Counted from the stretch's first letter, positions 27,214 through 35,288 are shown. The stretch is 59,923 nt of DNA from Parcubacteria group bacterium (GCA_028286465.1 JAQBRN010000004.1:1-59923); one strand, 5' to 3'. Translations and numbers: made by a program. Notes: generated by a model from the sequence alone, not told the origin.

Positions 27214-27567
27214 ATGCAAGGATCAGAGCTCGACTTCATCCGCTTTCTCGAAAAACATTTCTGGATCATCCCCGTCGTCTACGCGGCCCTCATCGTCGCC
27301 ATCGTGCTCCTCTTCCGGAGCCTCGCTCGAGAATTCAAGAAGAACTACCAGTGCCCTCACTGCAAGGGCTGGGAGACCACGGAAGATCGCCGGGTGAAGA
27401 TCAGGCGCGGCGGCAAGAACCTCTTCGAGATCTTGGCGAACATGCAACGCGAAGCGACAGCCGACTCGAGCATCACTTGCGACGATTGCGGCTATGTACT
27501 CGCAAGCCAGATCGGCAAGCCGCTCCCGTCGCATAAAGCGCTCGCAGAAATCCGGCCGACCACCTAA
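27214..27567 (+). CDS. membrane-anchored zinc-ribbon protein, hypothetical
   Basis: 117 aa; AAGGAG SD; TM helix WIIPVVYAALIVAIVLLF; CPHC...CDDC pairs. Confidence 0.6.
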   Translation: MQGSELDFIRFLEKHFWIIPVVYAALIVAIVLLFRSLAREFKKNYQCPHCKGWETTEDRRVKIRRGGKNLFEILANMQREATADSSITCDDCGYVLASQIGKPLPSHKALAEIRPTT

Positions 27568-27579
27568 GGTCGGCTTTTT
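27555..27579 (+). terminator. rho-independent terminator
   Basis: gccgacc-acctaa-ggtcggc + TTTTT. Confidence 0.75.
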
Positions 27580-27608
27580 ATTTTCATATATTTCTATACT
27601 ATGAGTGC

Positions 27609-28019
27609 ATGGCGAACTACTGGCTCATAAAGAGCGAAGCGGACTGCTACTCCATAGACGATCTTAAGAAGGACAAGTCGACCTCCTGGGCCGGCGTGCG
27701 CAACTATCAGGCCCGCAACTTCATCCGCTCAATGGCGAAGGGCGATCTCGTCCTCTACTACCACTCGGGCGGCACCGCTCCGCATGTGGCGGGCATTGCC
27801 AAGGTGGTGAAGGCTCCCTATGCGGAGAAAGACCCCTTATGGTCTGCAGCCGATGTCGGCTTCGTCGAGAAGTTCAAAACGCCGCTCACGCTTGCCCAGA
27901 TCAAGCACGATCCGAAGCTCTCTGGCATGATGGTCACCCAGCAGGGAAGCCGGCTCTCCGTCCAGCCCGTCTCGAAGGCTCACTTTGAAATCATCAGGAA
28001 ATTAGGTACTATCAGCTGA
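27609..28019 (+). CDS. EVE (PUA-like) domain protein
   Basis: 136 aa; YWLIKSEADCYSIDDL...WAGVRNYQARNFIRSMAKGDLVLYYHSG...VAGIAKVV matches the EVE/thymocyte-nuclear-protein fold signature. Confidence 0.85.
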   Translation: MANYWLIKSEADCYSIDDLKKDKSTSWAGVRNYQARNFIRSMAKGDLVLYYHSGGTAPHVAGIAKVVKAPYAEKDPLWSAADVGFVEKFKTPLTLAQIKHDPKLSGMMVTQQGSRLSVQPVSKAHFEIIRKLGTIS

Positions 28020-28051
28020 GACAGTACCGAAACTCTTTCTGGAGAATAATC

Positions 28052-28657
28052 TTGAGCACCGACTCAGAAGTGCCGGCGGAGACCCTGCCCGACGTTCTCA
28101 CCCGAATTTTCACGGACCAGAGATTTCTGCCAAATTCAGAGATGTGGGCAGAGTACCTCGGCAGTTCCACCACAGTGCTGGCTTCGTTTAGAGCGGGAAC
28201 TACCGTGCCGACGGCATCGCAGTTCCTGAGGATCCGCTTTCTCATACGGGCCTGCATACTTAGTTCGGACCCGCTCATGCGGAGTTTCGAAACCGTACTC
28301 AAGCAGCCGATCGAAAGCCTGGAGATTCTTCCAACGGAAGTGTCGCACAAGCTGCGCGGCTTCCCGACTCTCGAGCACTACATTGCTGCGGAAAGAATGC
28401 ACGAGCTTTCCGTCTCTCTCCGGGCACTTTCGCTCGAGGGCCAAGAAGCCTTCTACGAGCATGCGAAGGAGTGGTTCGAGAATCTTCGCTTGAGAGCGGC
28501 CGAAGTCCCGCACAAGGAAGTGCGCGTGCCGGGCTACGCCCTCTCCGCTTCGCCCGAAGAGATCGCCGAATTCGAGCGGATGATCAGAGGTCATCCCGTA
28601 GGACCGCTTCCGCCGGAGTACGAAGGCAAGGATCCGCTTGAAGTTTGGCTCAGCTAG
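28052..28657 (+). CDS. hypothetical protein with possible XRE-like HTH at the N-terminus (TTG start)
   Basis: 201 aa; GGAGA 7 nt upstream of TTG; AEYLGSSTTVLASFRAGTTVPTASQFLRI resembles an HTH_3 helix-turn-helix. Confidence 0.45.
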   Translation: MSTDSEVPAETLPDVLTRIFTDQRFLPNSEMWAEYLGSSTTVLASFRAGTTVPTASQFLRIRFLIRACILSSDPLMRSFETVLKQPIESLEILPTEVSHKLRGFPTLEHYIAAERMHELSVSLRALSLEGQEAFYEHAKEWFENLRLRAAEVPHKEVRVPGYALSASPEEIAEFERMIRGHPVGPLPPEYEGKDPLEVWLS

Positions 28658-28658
28658 C

Positions 28659-28680
28659 ACCGCTCACAAGGCGGTTTTTA
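28659..28680 (+). terminator. rho-independent terminator
   Basis: accgc-N7-gcggt + TTTTT. Confidence 0.65.
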
Positions 28681-28729
28681 TTTTCTCCAGATTGTGTAAT
28701 ATGACCCGAGAACCGAAACAGGAGCGCTC

Positions 28730-29023
28730 ATGTACCGGATGATCAAGGAGTTCTTCAAAGCCCTTTGGGCCAGAAGGCTGAAGAGCTTCAGAGGCCCGCT
28801 TCATACCTGCAAGGCGGAAGGCTGCAAGAACGAGGCCGAGTATCTGGTCGAGTGGGAGCGGGTGCTTTCCCCGGCGGGGAAGAGGAAGTGGAAGATGGAG
28901 ACCGTCACCCTCTTCGGCACCGTCTGCGTCGAGCATCTGAAGAAGATGCAGACCGACCCGAAGAAGTACATCATCCGTAGGATCACGCCCCTGGACGAAC
29001 CGAGACAACCCGACGCCGCCTGA
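28730..29023 (+). CDS. hypothetical small protein with Cys/His cluster
   Basis: 97 aa; AGGAG SD; HTCKAEGC...CVEH possible metal site. Confidence 0.55.
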   Translation: MYRMIKEFFKALWARRLKSFRGPLHTCKAEGCKNEAEYLVEWERVLSPAGKRKWKMETVTLFGTVCVEHLKKMQTDPKKYIIRRITPLDEPRQPDAA

Positions 29024-29037
29024 TATGGGCGGTTTTT
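29016..29037 (+). terminator. rho-independent terminator
   Basis: ccgcc-tgatatg-ggcgg + TTTTT. Confidence 0.7.
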
Positions 29038-29098
29038 ATTTGCAAAGTCATACTATTCAGATACTATGACTTGAGACTTCAACAAGGATAGGACTCGG

Positions 29099-29455
29099 AT
29101 GAATCCGCCGCAAAACATACCCGGAAAAGGCTTCTACTATCACTACAAGCACGACCCGAACGGCCCGATAAACGCTTACGCCTATCAAGTTCTCGGCGTA
29201 GGACACCACACCGAAGAAGATTTATTCTTCGTCGTTTATCGCCCGATCTACGAAGCTTACGTCTACAAGCTCGGCAAGATGTTCGACATCCGTCCCCTCG
29301 ATACGTTTATGGAACAGGTCGAGAAGGATGGATACAAAATCGCTCGCTTCGAGCGCGTGACCGATCCTCTCGTTCTTCTCAAGCTCATCGAGATTCGCGA
29401 CAGTATGTACCCTGAAGATCTGCCACTCGAACCGGGATCTTGCTTTCCTGTTTAA
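29099..29455 (+). CDS. DUF1653-family protein
   Basis: 118 aa; GFYYHYKHD...YQVLGVGHHTEE..FFVVYRPIY...IRPLDTFMEQV matches the DUF1653 YRHYKG...HSE...VVY...RP..F pattern. Confidence 0.7.
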   Translation: MNPPQNIPGKGFYYHYKHDPNGPINAYAYQVLGVGHHTEEDLFFVVYRPIYEAYVYKLGKMFDIRPLDTFMEQVEKDGYKIARFERVTDPLVLLKLIEIRDSMYPEDLPLEPGSCFPV

Positions 29456-29475
29456 CCGCCAGCAAGGCGGTTTTT
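29455..29475 (+). terminator. rho-independent terminator
   Basis: accgcc-agcaa-ggcggt + TTTT. Confidence 0.7.
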
Positions 29476-29551
29476 ATTATCATTGACTCTTAGTAAGAAA
29501 TATTATAATTTGACGACCAGTTGCACCCCACTTCGCCTTGGAGAGAACGAC

Positions 29552-30040
29552 ATGGATCAAGAGATCGCCACACCCAAATTCCTCAGTCCGGGAACAGCCA
29601 GAGAAATCGTCTCGCTCGTTCTCGGGATGTGCTTCGATACCATCATGGAACCGCAGTTCAAGAGGAAGCAGTGCCACATCACCATCCTCGTACCGGACCG
29701 CGATGGCAATCCCCACATGTTGTGTGAGTATTCTCTGAATGAAGAGCTGTGGGAGTGGAGCTATCGTCTCATCGCCCGATCGAAGGCGAAACAACTCTGG
29801 GAAGACAGGAATGATGGCGGCACAGATATTGTGCCACATCTTCTCTTCAATGGAGACACGCCATATTGGGGCGGTGTTAAACGGCAGGGGATCGTCGTCG
29901 CCTGCTCCGGTGTCCAGCCCTGGTTCGACAAGATGATCTCGGGCATCATCGCCGACATGCTCATCGCCATGGCCTACGAGGCGTGGGATAAGAGCAAGGA
30001 CAAGAAAGACGATGTCTGCTTCATCGGAGAGAGTGAGTAA
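29552..30040 (+). CDS. GlcG/HbpS (DUF336)-like protein, tentative
   Basis: 162 aa from ATG behind GGAGAG (the track's TTG start at 29483 is the -35 hexamer TTGACT). ARSKAKQ... and WGGVKRQGIVVACSGVQPWFDKMIS resemble the GGxPI..G..IGAIGVSG core. Confidence 0.4.
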   Translation: MDQEIATPKFLSPGTAREIVSLVLGMCFDTIMEPQFKRKQCHITILVPDRDGNPHMLCEYSLNEELWEWSYRLIARSKAKQLWEDRNDGGTDIVPHLLFNGDTPYWGGVKRQGIVVACSGVQPWFDKMISGIIADMLIAMAYEAWDKSKDKKDDVCFIGESE

Positions 30041-30062
30041 CCACCCAGGAGGTGGTTTTTAT
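30039..30062 (+). terminator. rho-independent terminator
   Basis: aaccacc-cagga-ggtggtt + TTT A TTT. Confidence 0.7.
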
Positions 30063-30102
30063 TTGTCTGTACAAAGCCAATTACTAGGCATACAGTAAAT
30101 GT

Positions 30103-31713
30103 ATGAAAATAACTAGGATTGAGGTTGAAAATTTCAGATCGATAGAGAAGTATGATTTTGAAACAGCGGATTTTAATGTTTTTGTTGGAAAAAATAACCA
30201 CGGAAAAACAAATTTATTTGATGCTCTAGATTGGTTCGATTCTGGAAAAACTGAATCATCTAATTACCCAAATCACAATACAGAGAAACTTATAAAAGTA
30301 CGCCTTTACTTTAATGACGTTCAAGCGACATTATCTGCATTACCCGAAGGTCAGTACAGAACCGCAATGGAAAATGCACTGGGAGAGAACGATGAATTTA
30401 TTGTCGAGAAAACTAGCACGGACGATAAAAGGATACTGATCATAGCTGGTGTTGAACATGGAAATCCCCGCGGGTTTGATTCAGCTTTAAATTATTTTCT
30501 ACCAAAAATTGTTTACGTAACTACCAAACATCGACTTAATGATGTCGCTGGCTATAAATCTAAATCACCCATTGCTGAGATGCTAGGCGACGTACTAAAG
30601 GATATGGTTGATAATGAACCAAAATATAAAGATTTCTTAGAACTTTTTGACGATTTGTTCAATAAGAGCGAATCAGTCTTTCGAACATCAGTTAATAATC
30701 TTCAGACTAAAGTTGAGTTTTATTTGAAGAAACAATTTGACGAGAAGGCGGAAGTTAAATTTTTTATCGACAACCCAGCAATTGAGGATATGCTTAAAAA
30801 GTTTGAAACAGAAATTGATGATGGAGTAAAAACAAAAGCCGAACAAAAAGGAGACGGTATGCAAAGAGCGATAATGCTAGCTATCATTCAGGCATACGCG
30901 GATTATCGAAAAGATAAGGGTACTGTTCGAAATTTTATATTTCTAATAGACGAAGCCGAATTACACCTTCATCCAACTGCCCAGAGATTACTCAAAAAAG
31001 CTCTTCGGGATATTATTACAACCGAAGGACAAGTATTCATCAACACCCACTCTTCAATTTTTGTAAACGAACGATTTGAGAATCAAAAAATTTATAAAAT
31101 AGAGAAAGATGAGGGTCTCTCAAAGATTCAGCCTGTTTCGACGGAACAGGAACAACTAGACTCCGTCTATCAACTCCTTGGGGGAAGCCCAAGTGATATC
31201 TTGTTACCTAGTAATTTTATTATTGTTGAGGGAATATCTGATTGTGAGTTTTTGCATAAAATGATTGAAAGATTTTATAGTGGCAACAAAAAATGCTCTT
31301 CTATCAAGATTTTATTCGCTCGCGGTGATCATGAAAAGCAAAAGGAGTTATATCACGCTATACATGAGTGCTATAAACCACTGCTCACAAATGGGATATA
31401 TAAAGATAGAATTGTATTTTTGCTAGATAAACCCGATTCTTCAAAAATTACATCTTTTGAGGAATTTAAAAGTAGTCATCCGTGGTTAATAGAGGATCAA
31501 CAGCTATTTATTTTGCCAGTTAAGGCTATTGAAATGTATTATCCTGCTCCATTTAAGAAAACCGAAAATGAGCTTGATTTAATGACCGGAATTAAGGAGA
31601 AGTATAAATATGCCTCTCATACAGGCGAATCTATTAGTTTAGAAGATTTTAGAGACGAAATGCCTGTGGTCTATAATTTACTTACAAAAGCGATTGATCT
31701 TGCATACGAATAG
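30103..31713 (+). CDS. OLD-family nuclease-like protein: N-terminal ABC-type ATPase fused to C-terminal Toprim domain
   Basis: 536 aa; Walker A GKNNHGKT, signature-like GDGMQRA, Walker B FLIDEAELHLHP, H-loop NTHSS, Toprim IIVEGISDCEF plus FLLDKPDSS. Strikingly AT-rich versus its flanks. TACAGT 6 nt upstream of ATG. Confidence 0.85.
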   Translation: MKITRIEVENFRSIEKYDFETADFNVFVGKNNHGKTNLFDALDWFDSGKTESSNYPNHNTEKLIKVRLYFNDVQATLSALPEGQYRTAMENALGENDEFIVEKTSTDDKRILIIAGVEHGNPRGFDSALNYFLPKIVYVTTKHRLNDVAGYKSKSPIAEMLGDVLKDMVDNEPKYKDFLELFDDLFNKSESVFRTSVNNLQTKVEFYLKKQFDEKAEVKFFIDNPAIEDMLKKFETEIDDGVKTKAEQKGDGMQRAIMLAIIQAYADYRKDKGTVRNFIFLIDEAELHLHPTAQRLLKKALRDIITTEGQVFINTHSSIFVNERFENQKIYKIEKDEGLSKIQPVSTEQEQLDSVYQLLGGSPSDILLPSNFIIVEGISDCEFLHKMIERFYSGNKKCSSIKILFARGDHEKQKELYHAIHECYKPLLTNGIYKDRIVFLLDKPDSSKITSFEEFKSSHPWLIEDQQLFILPVKAIEMYYPAPFKKTENELDLMTGIKEKYKYASHTGESISLEDFRDEMPVVYNLLTKAIDLAYE

Positions 31714-31725
31714 AGATACCTGTTT

Positions 31726-31743
31726 GGTGAACTAACGTTCACC
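31726..31743. promoter_or_regulatory. candidate LexA operator (GAAC-N4-GTTC, Cheo-box type) overlapping the promoter of the umuD'-like operon
   Basis: ggtGAACtaacGTTCacc, 7-bp inverted arms, no T-run after it; immediately upstream of the -10 box at 31745..31753. Confidence 0.5.
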
Positions 31744-31744
31744 A

Positions 31745-31753
31745 TGCTACCAT
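31745..31753 (+). promoter_or_regulatory. extended -10 box TGcTACCAT, 7 nt upstream of ATG 31761
   Basis: The same TGcTACCAT box precedes the tRNA-Glu gene at 52870..52878. Confidence 0.5.
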
Positions 31754-31760
31754 TTAGGAC

Positions 31761-32087
31761 ATGGGAACCACATTACGAGTACTAGGAGTCATCGAGGCCG
31801 GGTTTCCAACATCCGCATCCGAGGAGCTTATCGACACGATCAGCCTTGATGAATATCTCATCGGCAACAAGGAAGCCACGTATCTTCTGAAGGTCACGAG
31901 CAGATCCATGGAAGATGCCGGGATACTTCAGGGAGACATGGTCATCGTCGAACGCGGCAGGGACCCGAAGAAGAATGACATCGTCATCGTGGAGAAAGAC
32001 GGTTCGTACTCGATGATGCACTTTTCGGATATCGGTTCCGAAGCTTCCGTGGCCGCAGTTATTACTGCCGTAGTTCGCAGATACTAA
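31761..32087 (+). CDS. UmuD'-like S24-fold protein (no N-terminal cleavable arm, dyad Lys not conserved)
   Basis: 108 aa; AGFPTSA, ATYLLKVTSRSMEDAGILQGDMVIVE, NDIVIV, VAAVITAVVRRY align by eye with the UmuD C-terminal domain. Confidence 0.7.
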   Translation: MGTTLRVLGVIEAGFPTSASEELIDTISLDEYLIGNKEATYLLKVTSRSMEDAGILQGDMVIVERGRDPKKNDIVIVEKDGSYSMMHFSDIGSEASVAAVITAVVRRY

Positions 32088-32088
32088 T

Positions 32089-32769
32089 ATGGAAACACTC
32101 ACCAAAGCTCTTAAGGATATATACGAACAATTCTCAGACAGAGGCGTTCTTTCTCTTTATATATGGGGTTCAATGACTCGGAGCGATTACCGGCCCGGCA
32201 TAAGCGACATAGATGTCTTAGCCATCGTCGGCCCGGAGACTTCCATAGACGACGAACAGGCAATCAAAGAGATCATCAAGGCGGAGTATCCGGAACTCAA
32301 GAACTTCCATATCAATTTCTTGTATCTCGACGAACTCACGAGCGGGGAAGGCCGCGGGTATCTGACGAAGATCCTGCCGCCAGGGTACCTCTTGGAAGAC
32401 TTCGAGCACTGGCAGCATGTCTGCGGCAAGGAGTTTGTCCCTTCAGATTTCACAGCAGCATGGAGCAATGACGAAGTCATTCGCTTCTGCCAGGCACGAG
32501 TCTTGGGCGAACTGGATATTCTAGAAGAGTTTATAGAGAAAAATGAGCAGCACTATACGGTGAAGGCAGCCCTTGTCCTCTGTCATAATCTGCATCAAAG
32601 AATGCACGGCAAGCATCAGTACAACATAGACAAGCTTCTCGAAAGATCGACGGAGGAAACAAAAGACATCCTTCCCGCGCTTCTCTTCCTCAGAGCCGAG
32701 GATTACAAACCGGATGCAGTACGTGAGCACGCTTCTCTGATACGAGAGTTCGTTATACGAAGTATATGA
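32089..32769 (+). CDS. Pol-beta-superfamily nucleotidyltransferase with helical C-terminal domain (ANT/KNTase-like)
   Basis: 226 aa; WGSMTRSDYRPGISDIDVL = G-S-x11-D-x-D; starts 1 nt after the previous stop and overlaps the next start (ATGA). Confidence 0.8.
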   Translation: METLTKALKDIYEQFSDRGVLSLYIWGSMTRSDYRPGISDIDVLAIVGPETSIDDEQAIKEIIKAEYPELKNFHINFLYLDELTSGEGRGYLTKILPPGYLLEDFEHWQHVCGKEFVPSDFTAAWSNDEVIRFCQARVLGELDILEEFIEKNEQHYTVKAALVLCHNLHQRMHGKHQYNIDKLLERSTEETKDILPALLFLRAEDYKPDAVREHASLIREFVIRSI

Positions 32770-33974
32770 AAACCATTCTCCACTTAGACGGCGACGGATT
32801 CTTCGCAGCCTGCGAGATTTCTTTGAATCCGAAATTGAAAGGGAAGGCCGTGGTAACAGGTCAAGAGCGAGGGATCGCCACGGCCATGAGTAGGGAAGCG
32901 AAGGCCTTGGGCGTCCACCGCGGCATGCCCATCTACATGGTGAAGAAGCTCTATCCAGAAGCGGTGGTCGTCAATTCGAATTATCATTCTTACGGCATGT
33001 TCGCCCAAAGGATGTACGATATTGTGCGACGTTATACGCCCCTCGTAGAAGAGTACTCCATAGACGAATGCTTCGCTGATATCTCGGATCTTCCTGACCC
33101 AGTACGGGCCGCAGAGAATATTAAAAAGGAACTCAAGCGCGAGCTCGGGATCACATTCAGTCTAGGGATCGGTCCGACGAAGGTCATTGCAAAGGTTGCG
33201 TCCAAATGGAACAAGCCCGACGGCTTTACCGTCATACAGCCGGACGAGATCGAGAATTTCCTGAAGGATCTTCACATAGGCAAGGTCTGGGGCATCGGCC
33301 CGGCCACCTCGACCCATTTGCAGCGCCTCGGCATCCAAACCGCCCTCGACTTCACCCAAAGAGACGAACGCTGGGTCCGGGAGAATCTGCCGAAGCCCGA
33401 ACACTTCCTCTGGCATGAACTCCGCGGACACTCAGTGTATCGCGTACACCATGAGCCGGACGACGACTACGGCTCCATACAGCAGACACGCACGTTCACG
33501 CCGTCGACCAAACTCGATTTCCTCTTCTCCGAACTTTCGAAGAATGTCGAGGGCGCGTGCATGAAGGCCCGCCGGCATGAATTGTCGACCAGGCGCGTGT
33601 ATTACTTTTTGAAGACCCAGGAGTTCCGATACCACAGGTTCGAAGTGCCTCTGACCGTCCCGACGAACGACCCGAGCGTCATCCTAAATGAAATCCGGGC
33701 CACTGTAGACCGCGTATACAAACAAGGCTTCGAGTACCGGGCCACGGGCGTGACATTGTCCGAGCTCGTGCCCGAATCGGTCGCTCAAAATGACTTATTC
33801 GGGGAAGTGGTCAAAAATGACAAAAAGCGCGAAGTCTGGAAAATTTCCGATCTGATCGACAGGAGATACGGAACCCACACGATGATCCTCGCATCGAGCC
33901 TCCGGGCGAGAGAGAAGCGACGAACGCGGCCCGCGCGCCGTCTTTGGATTCCAAGCATGGGGGAAGTGGCCTAG
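32766..33974 (+). CDS. dinB: Y-family DNA polymerase (DinB/UmuC-like)
   Basis: 402 aa; LHLDGDGFFAACE, YSIDECFADISD, IGPTKVIAKVAS, GIGPAT motifs. Confidence 0.9.
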   Translation: MKTILHLDGDGFFAACEISLNPKLKGKAVVTGQERGIATAMSREAKALGVHRGMPIYMVKKLYPEAVVVNSNYHSYGMFAQRMYDIVRRYTPLVEEYSIDECFADISDLPDPVRAAENIKKELKRELGITFSLGIGPTKVIAKVASKWNKPDGFTVIQPDEIENFLKDLHIGKVWGIGPATSTHLQRLGIQTALDFTQRDERWVRENLPKPEHFLWHELRGHSVYRVHHEPDDDYGSIQQTRTFTPSTKLDFLFSELSKNVEGACMKARRHELSTRRVYYFLKTQEFRYHRFEVPLTVPTNDPSVILNEIRATVDRVYKQGFEYRATGVTLSELVPESVAQNDLFGEVVKNDKKREVWKISDLIDRRYGTHTMILASSLRAREKRRTRPARRLWIPSMGEVA

Positions 33975-34103
33975 GCGGTGTATACCGCAAAGATACATTG
34001 TGCGACCTAATCCTATAAGCTCAGGGCCACTTCCCTCGGAACCTATGATCTGCTAGTGTGTCCGCAGATGTTCCCCGCACCTCGTCCACGTCACTGAGGA
34101 TCT

Positions 34104-34274
34104 ATGAAGAAAAAGACAAAGGCTTCCACGGACGCCAGCAAGAAGGCACGCAAATCCGCAAAAAAGAAAACTGCGCGGAGGAAGCCCTCTCCGAACGTTC
34201 AGCCCGAATCGACTGTCGCCGATCCCCCGTACGATTATCCCTATGCCTTCAAGCAACTCGGTTATGATCCCTGA
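34104..34274 (+). CDS. candidate 56-aa Lys-rich small ORF
   Basis: MKKKTKASTDASKKARKSAKKKTARRKPSPNVQPESTVADPPYDYPYAFKQLGYDP; GAGGA upstream (short spacer), terminator right after the stop; below ORF-track cut-off. Confidence 0.3.
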   Translation: MKKKTKASTDASKKARKSAKKKTARRKPSPNVQPESTVADPPYDYPYAFKQLGYDP

Positions 34275-34297
34275 CCGCCCTACCCCGGGTGGTTTTT
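34274..34297 (+). terminator. rho-independent terminator
   Basis: accgccc-N6-gggtggt + TTTT. Confidence 0.65.
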
Positions 34298-34311
34298 ATA
34301 TAATAAATAAT

Positions 34312-34336
34312 AAAAAGGCACATCACGAGATGCGCC
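34312..34336 (-). terminator. rho-independent terminator for 34348..34614
   Basis: Minus strand ggcgcatc-tcgt-gatgtgcc followed by TTTTT. Confidence 0.65.
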
Positions 34337-34347
34337 AGGAAATGAAG

Positions 34348-34614
34348 TTACATCTCCGTCCAGATGATGAACGAAAAGGCAGCGACAGCGATCAAAAGAA
34401 GGAGCTGAATCGCCCCGCCTACCCAGAAGCCAAGCCCATACAAAACCAGGTTCTGCCAAAAACCCGTCGGGTTGGCAAGATGCTTGATGAGAAGGAAGAG
34501 CCAGGTCGGAATACCTCCGACAAGAAGAAGCGCTACCTGCGCTCCAAGCTTGAGGAGCAAACCTGTCTTTCTTCGTTGCGGAGCACGGCTCAAATTCGAT
34601 CCATACACAGGCAT
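34348..34614 (-). CDS. hypothetical integral membrane protein
   Basis: 88 aa, three hydrophobic helices; GAGGAG upstream. Preferred over the overlapping 130/132-aa ORFs, which are low-complexity. Confidence 0.5.
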   Translation of the reverse strand: MPVYGSNLSRAPQRRKTGLLLKLGAQVALLLVGGIPTWLFLLIKHLANPTGFWQNLVLYGLGFWVGGAIQLLLLIAVAAFSFIIWTEM

Positions 34615-34720
34615 GGGTATTGCACTCCTCTGTAATTAGAGATACTTCCCCTTCCAGCTCTAGGAACAGTAATAACATCCAAAAAATATTTTGTCAATGA
34701 AAAAGCGCATCAATGACGCG

Positions 34721-35248
34721 CTAGTAGAACTGTTCCGATTTGCCTCCGGTTGTCGTGCCGGCAATCCTTCCCGTCCTGAGAACTTGTTTCCGAAGCCGGC
34801 CCATGGTCATGGTGCCGCTTTCATCGTCCGGACTTGCATCGATCGCACGACTGGGGGCGAAGCCGGCCGCTGCGAGCACTTCGACCTTCAGCTTGCCGTT
34901 GTTTCGTGAGATGGCGGGGCTCAAGACAAGCGTCACCTGCTCCGGACGAAGGAGCTTCAGGATCTCGCTGTACGAGAGTGGGAACCTCGGAGGCTCCATG
35001 CTCACATACATGACGAAGCGGTTGATCTCGGAGATTGCACGCTTCGTGTATCTCTCGAATTCCTTGAGCGAGAGCGAGTACGCTTCCTTCCTTTCGGACC
35101 TGCGCATCCGGTCGAGGAAGCTGAGGGTGATGACGCGGGCGTGTTCGCTTTCCTCTTCCGTTATGAAGTCGGTCGGCGAAGCAAGCCCGTCGATGAAATT
35201 CTTCGAGACGAAGACCCATGTCTCCTTTCCCCTTGATTCTTCCGCCAT
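34721..35248 (-). CDS. hypothetical protein
   Basis: 175 aa from ATG behind GGAGG (the track's TTG start at 35290 falls inside the -10 box); balanced charged composition, unlike the Ser/Arg-rich + strand ORF. Confidence 0.55.
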   Translation of the reverse strand: MAEESRGKETWVFVSKNFIDGLASPTDFITEEESEHARVITLSFLDRMRRSERKEAYSLSLKEFERYTKRAISEINRFVMYVSMEPPRFPLSYSEILKLLRPEQVTLVLSPAISRNNGKLKVEVLAAAGFAPSRAIDASPDDESGTMTMGRLRKQVLRTGRIAGTTTGGKSEQFY

Positions 35249-35288
35249 GCGACCTCCTGTGAGTCTTAAGCTTGCCGGATCTGTCAGC

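Noticed and set aside
29483-29551. An N-terminal extension of the GlcG-like ORF from a TTG at 29483; likewise TTG 35290 for gene 34721..35248 and ATG 12830 for gene 12267..12788.
   Set aside because: The TTG at 29483 is the -35 hexamer TTGACT itself, and the TTG at 35290 lies inside the -10 box. The ATG at 12830 lies upstream of the TATAAT box that sits 6 nt before ATG 12788. Downstream starts with SD or leaderless geometry fit better.
27555-34297. The recurring ...GGCGGTTTTTATTT ends of many genes were considered as a dispersed repeat, an att-like element or a CRISPR-like array.
   Set aside because: Stems and loops differ in sequence at every copy and spacing is irregular. Each follows a stop codon directly. 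They are ordinary intrinsic terminators that share only a GC stem plus T-run. The exception is the truly near-identical pair reported separately (7830 and 10108).
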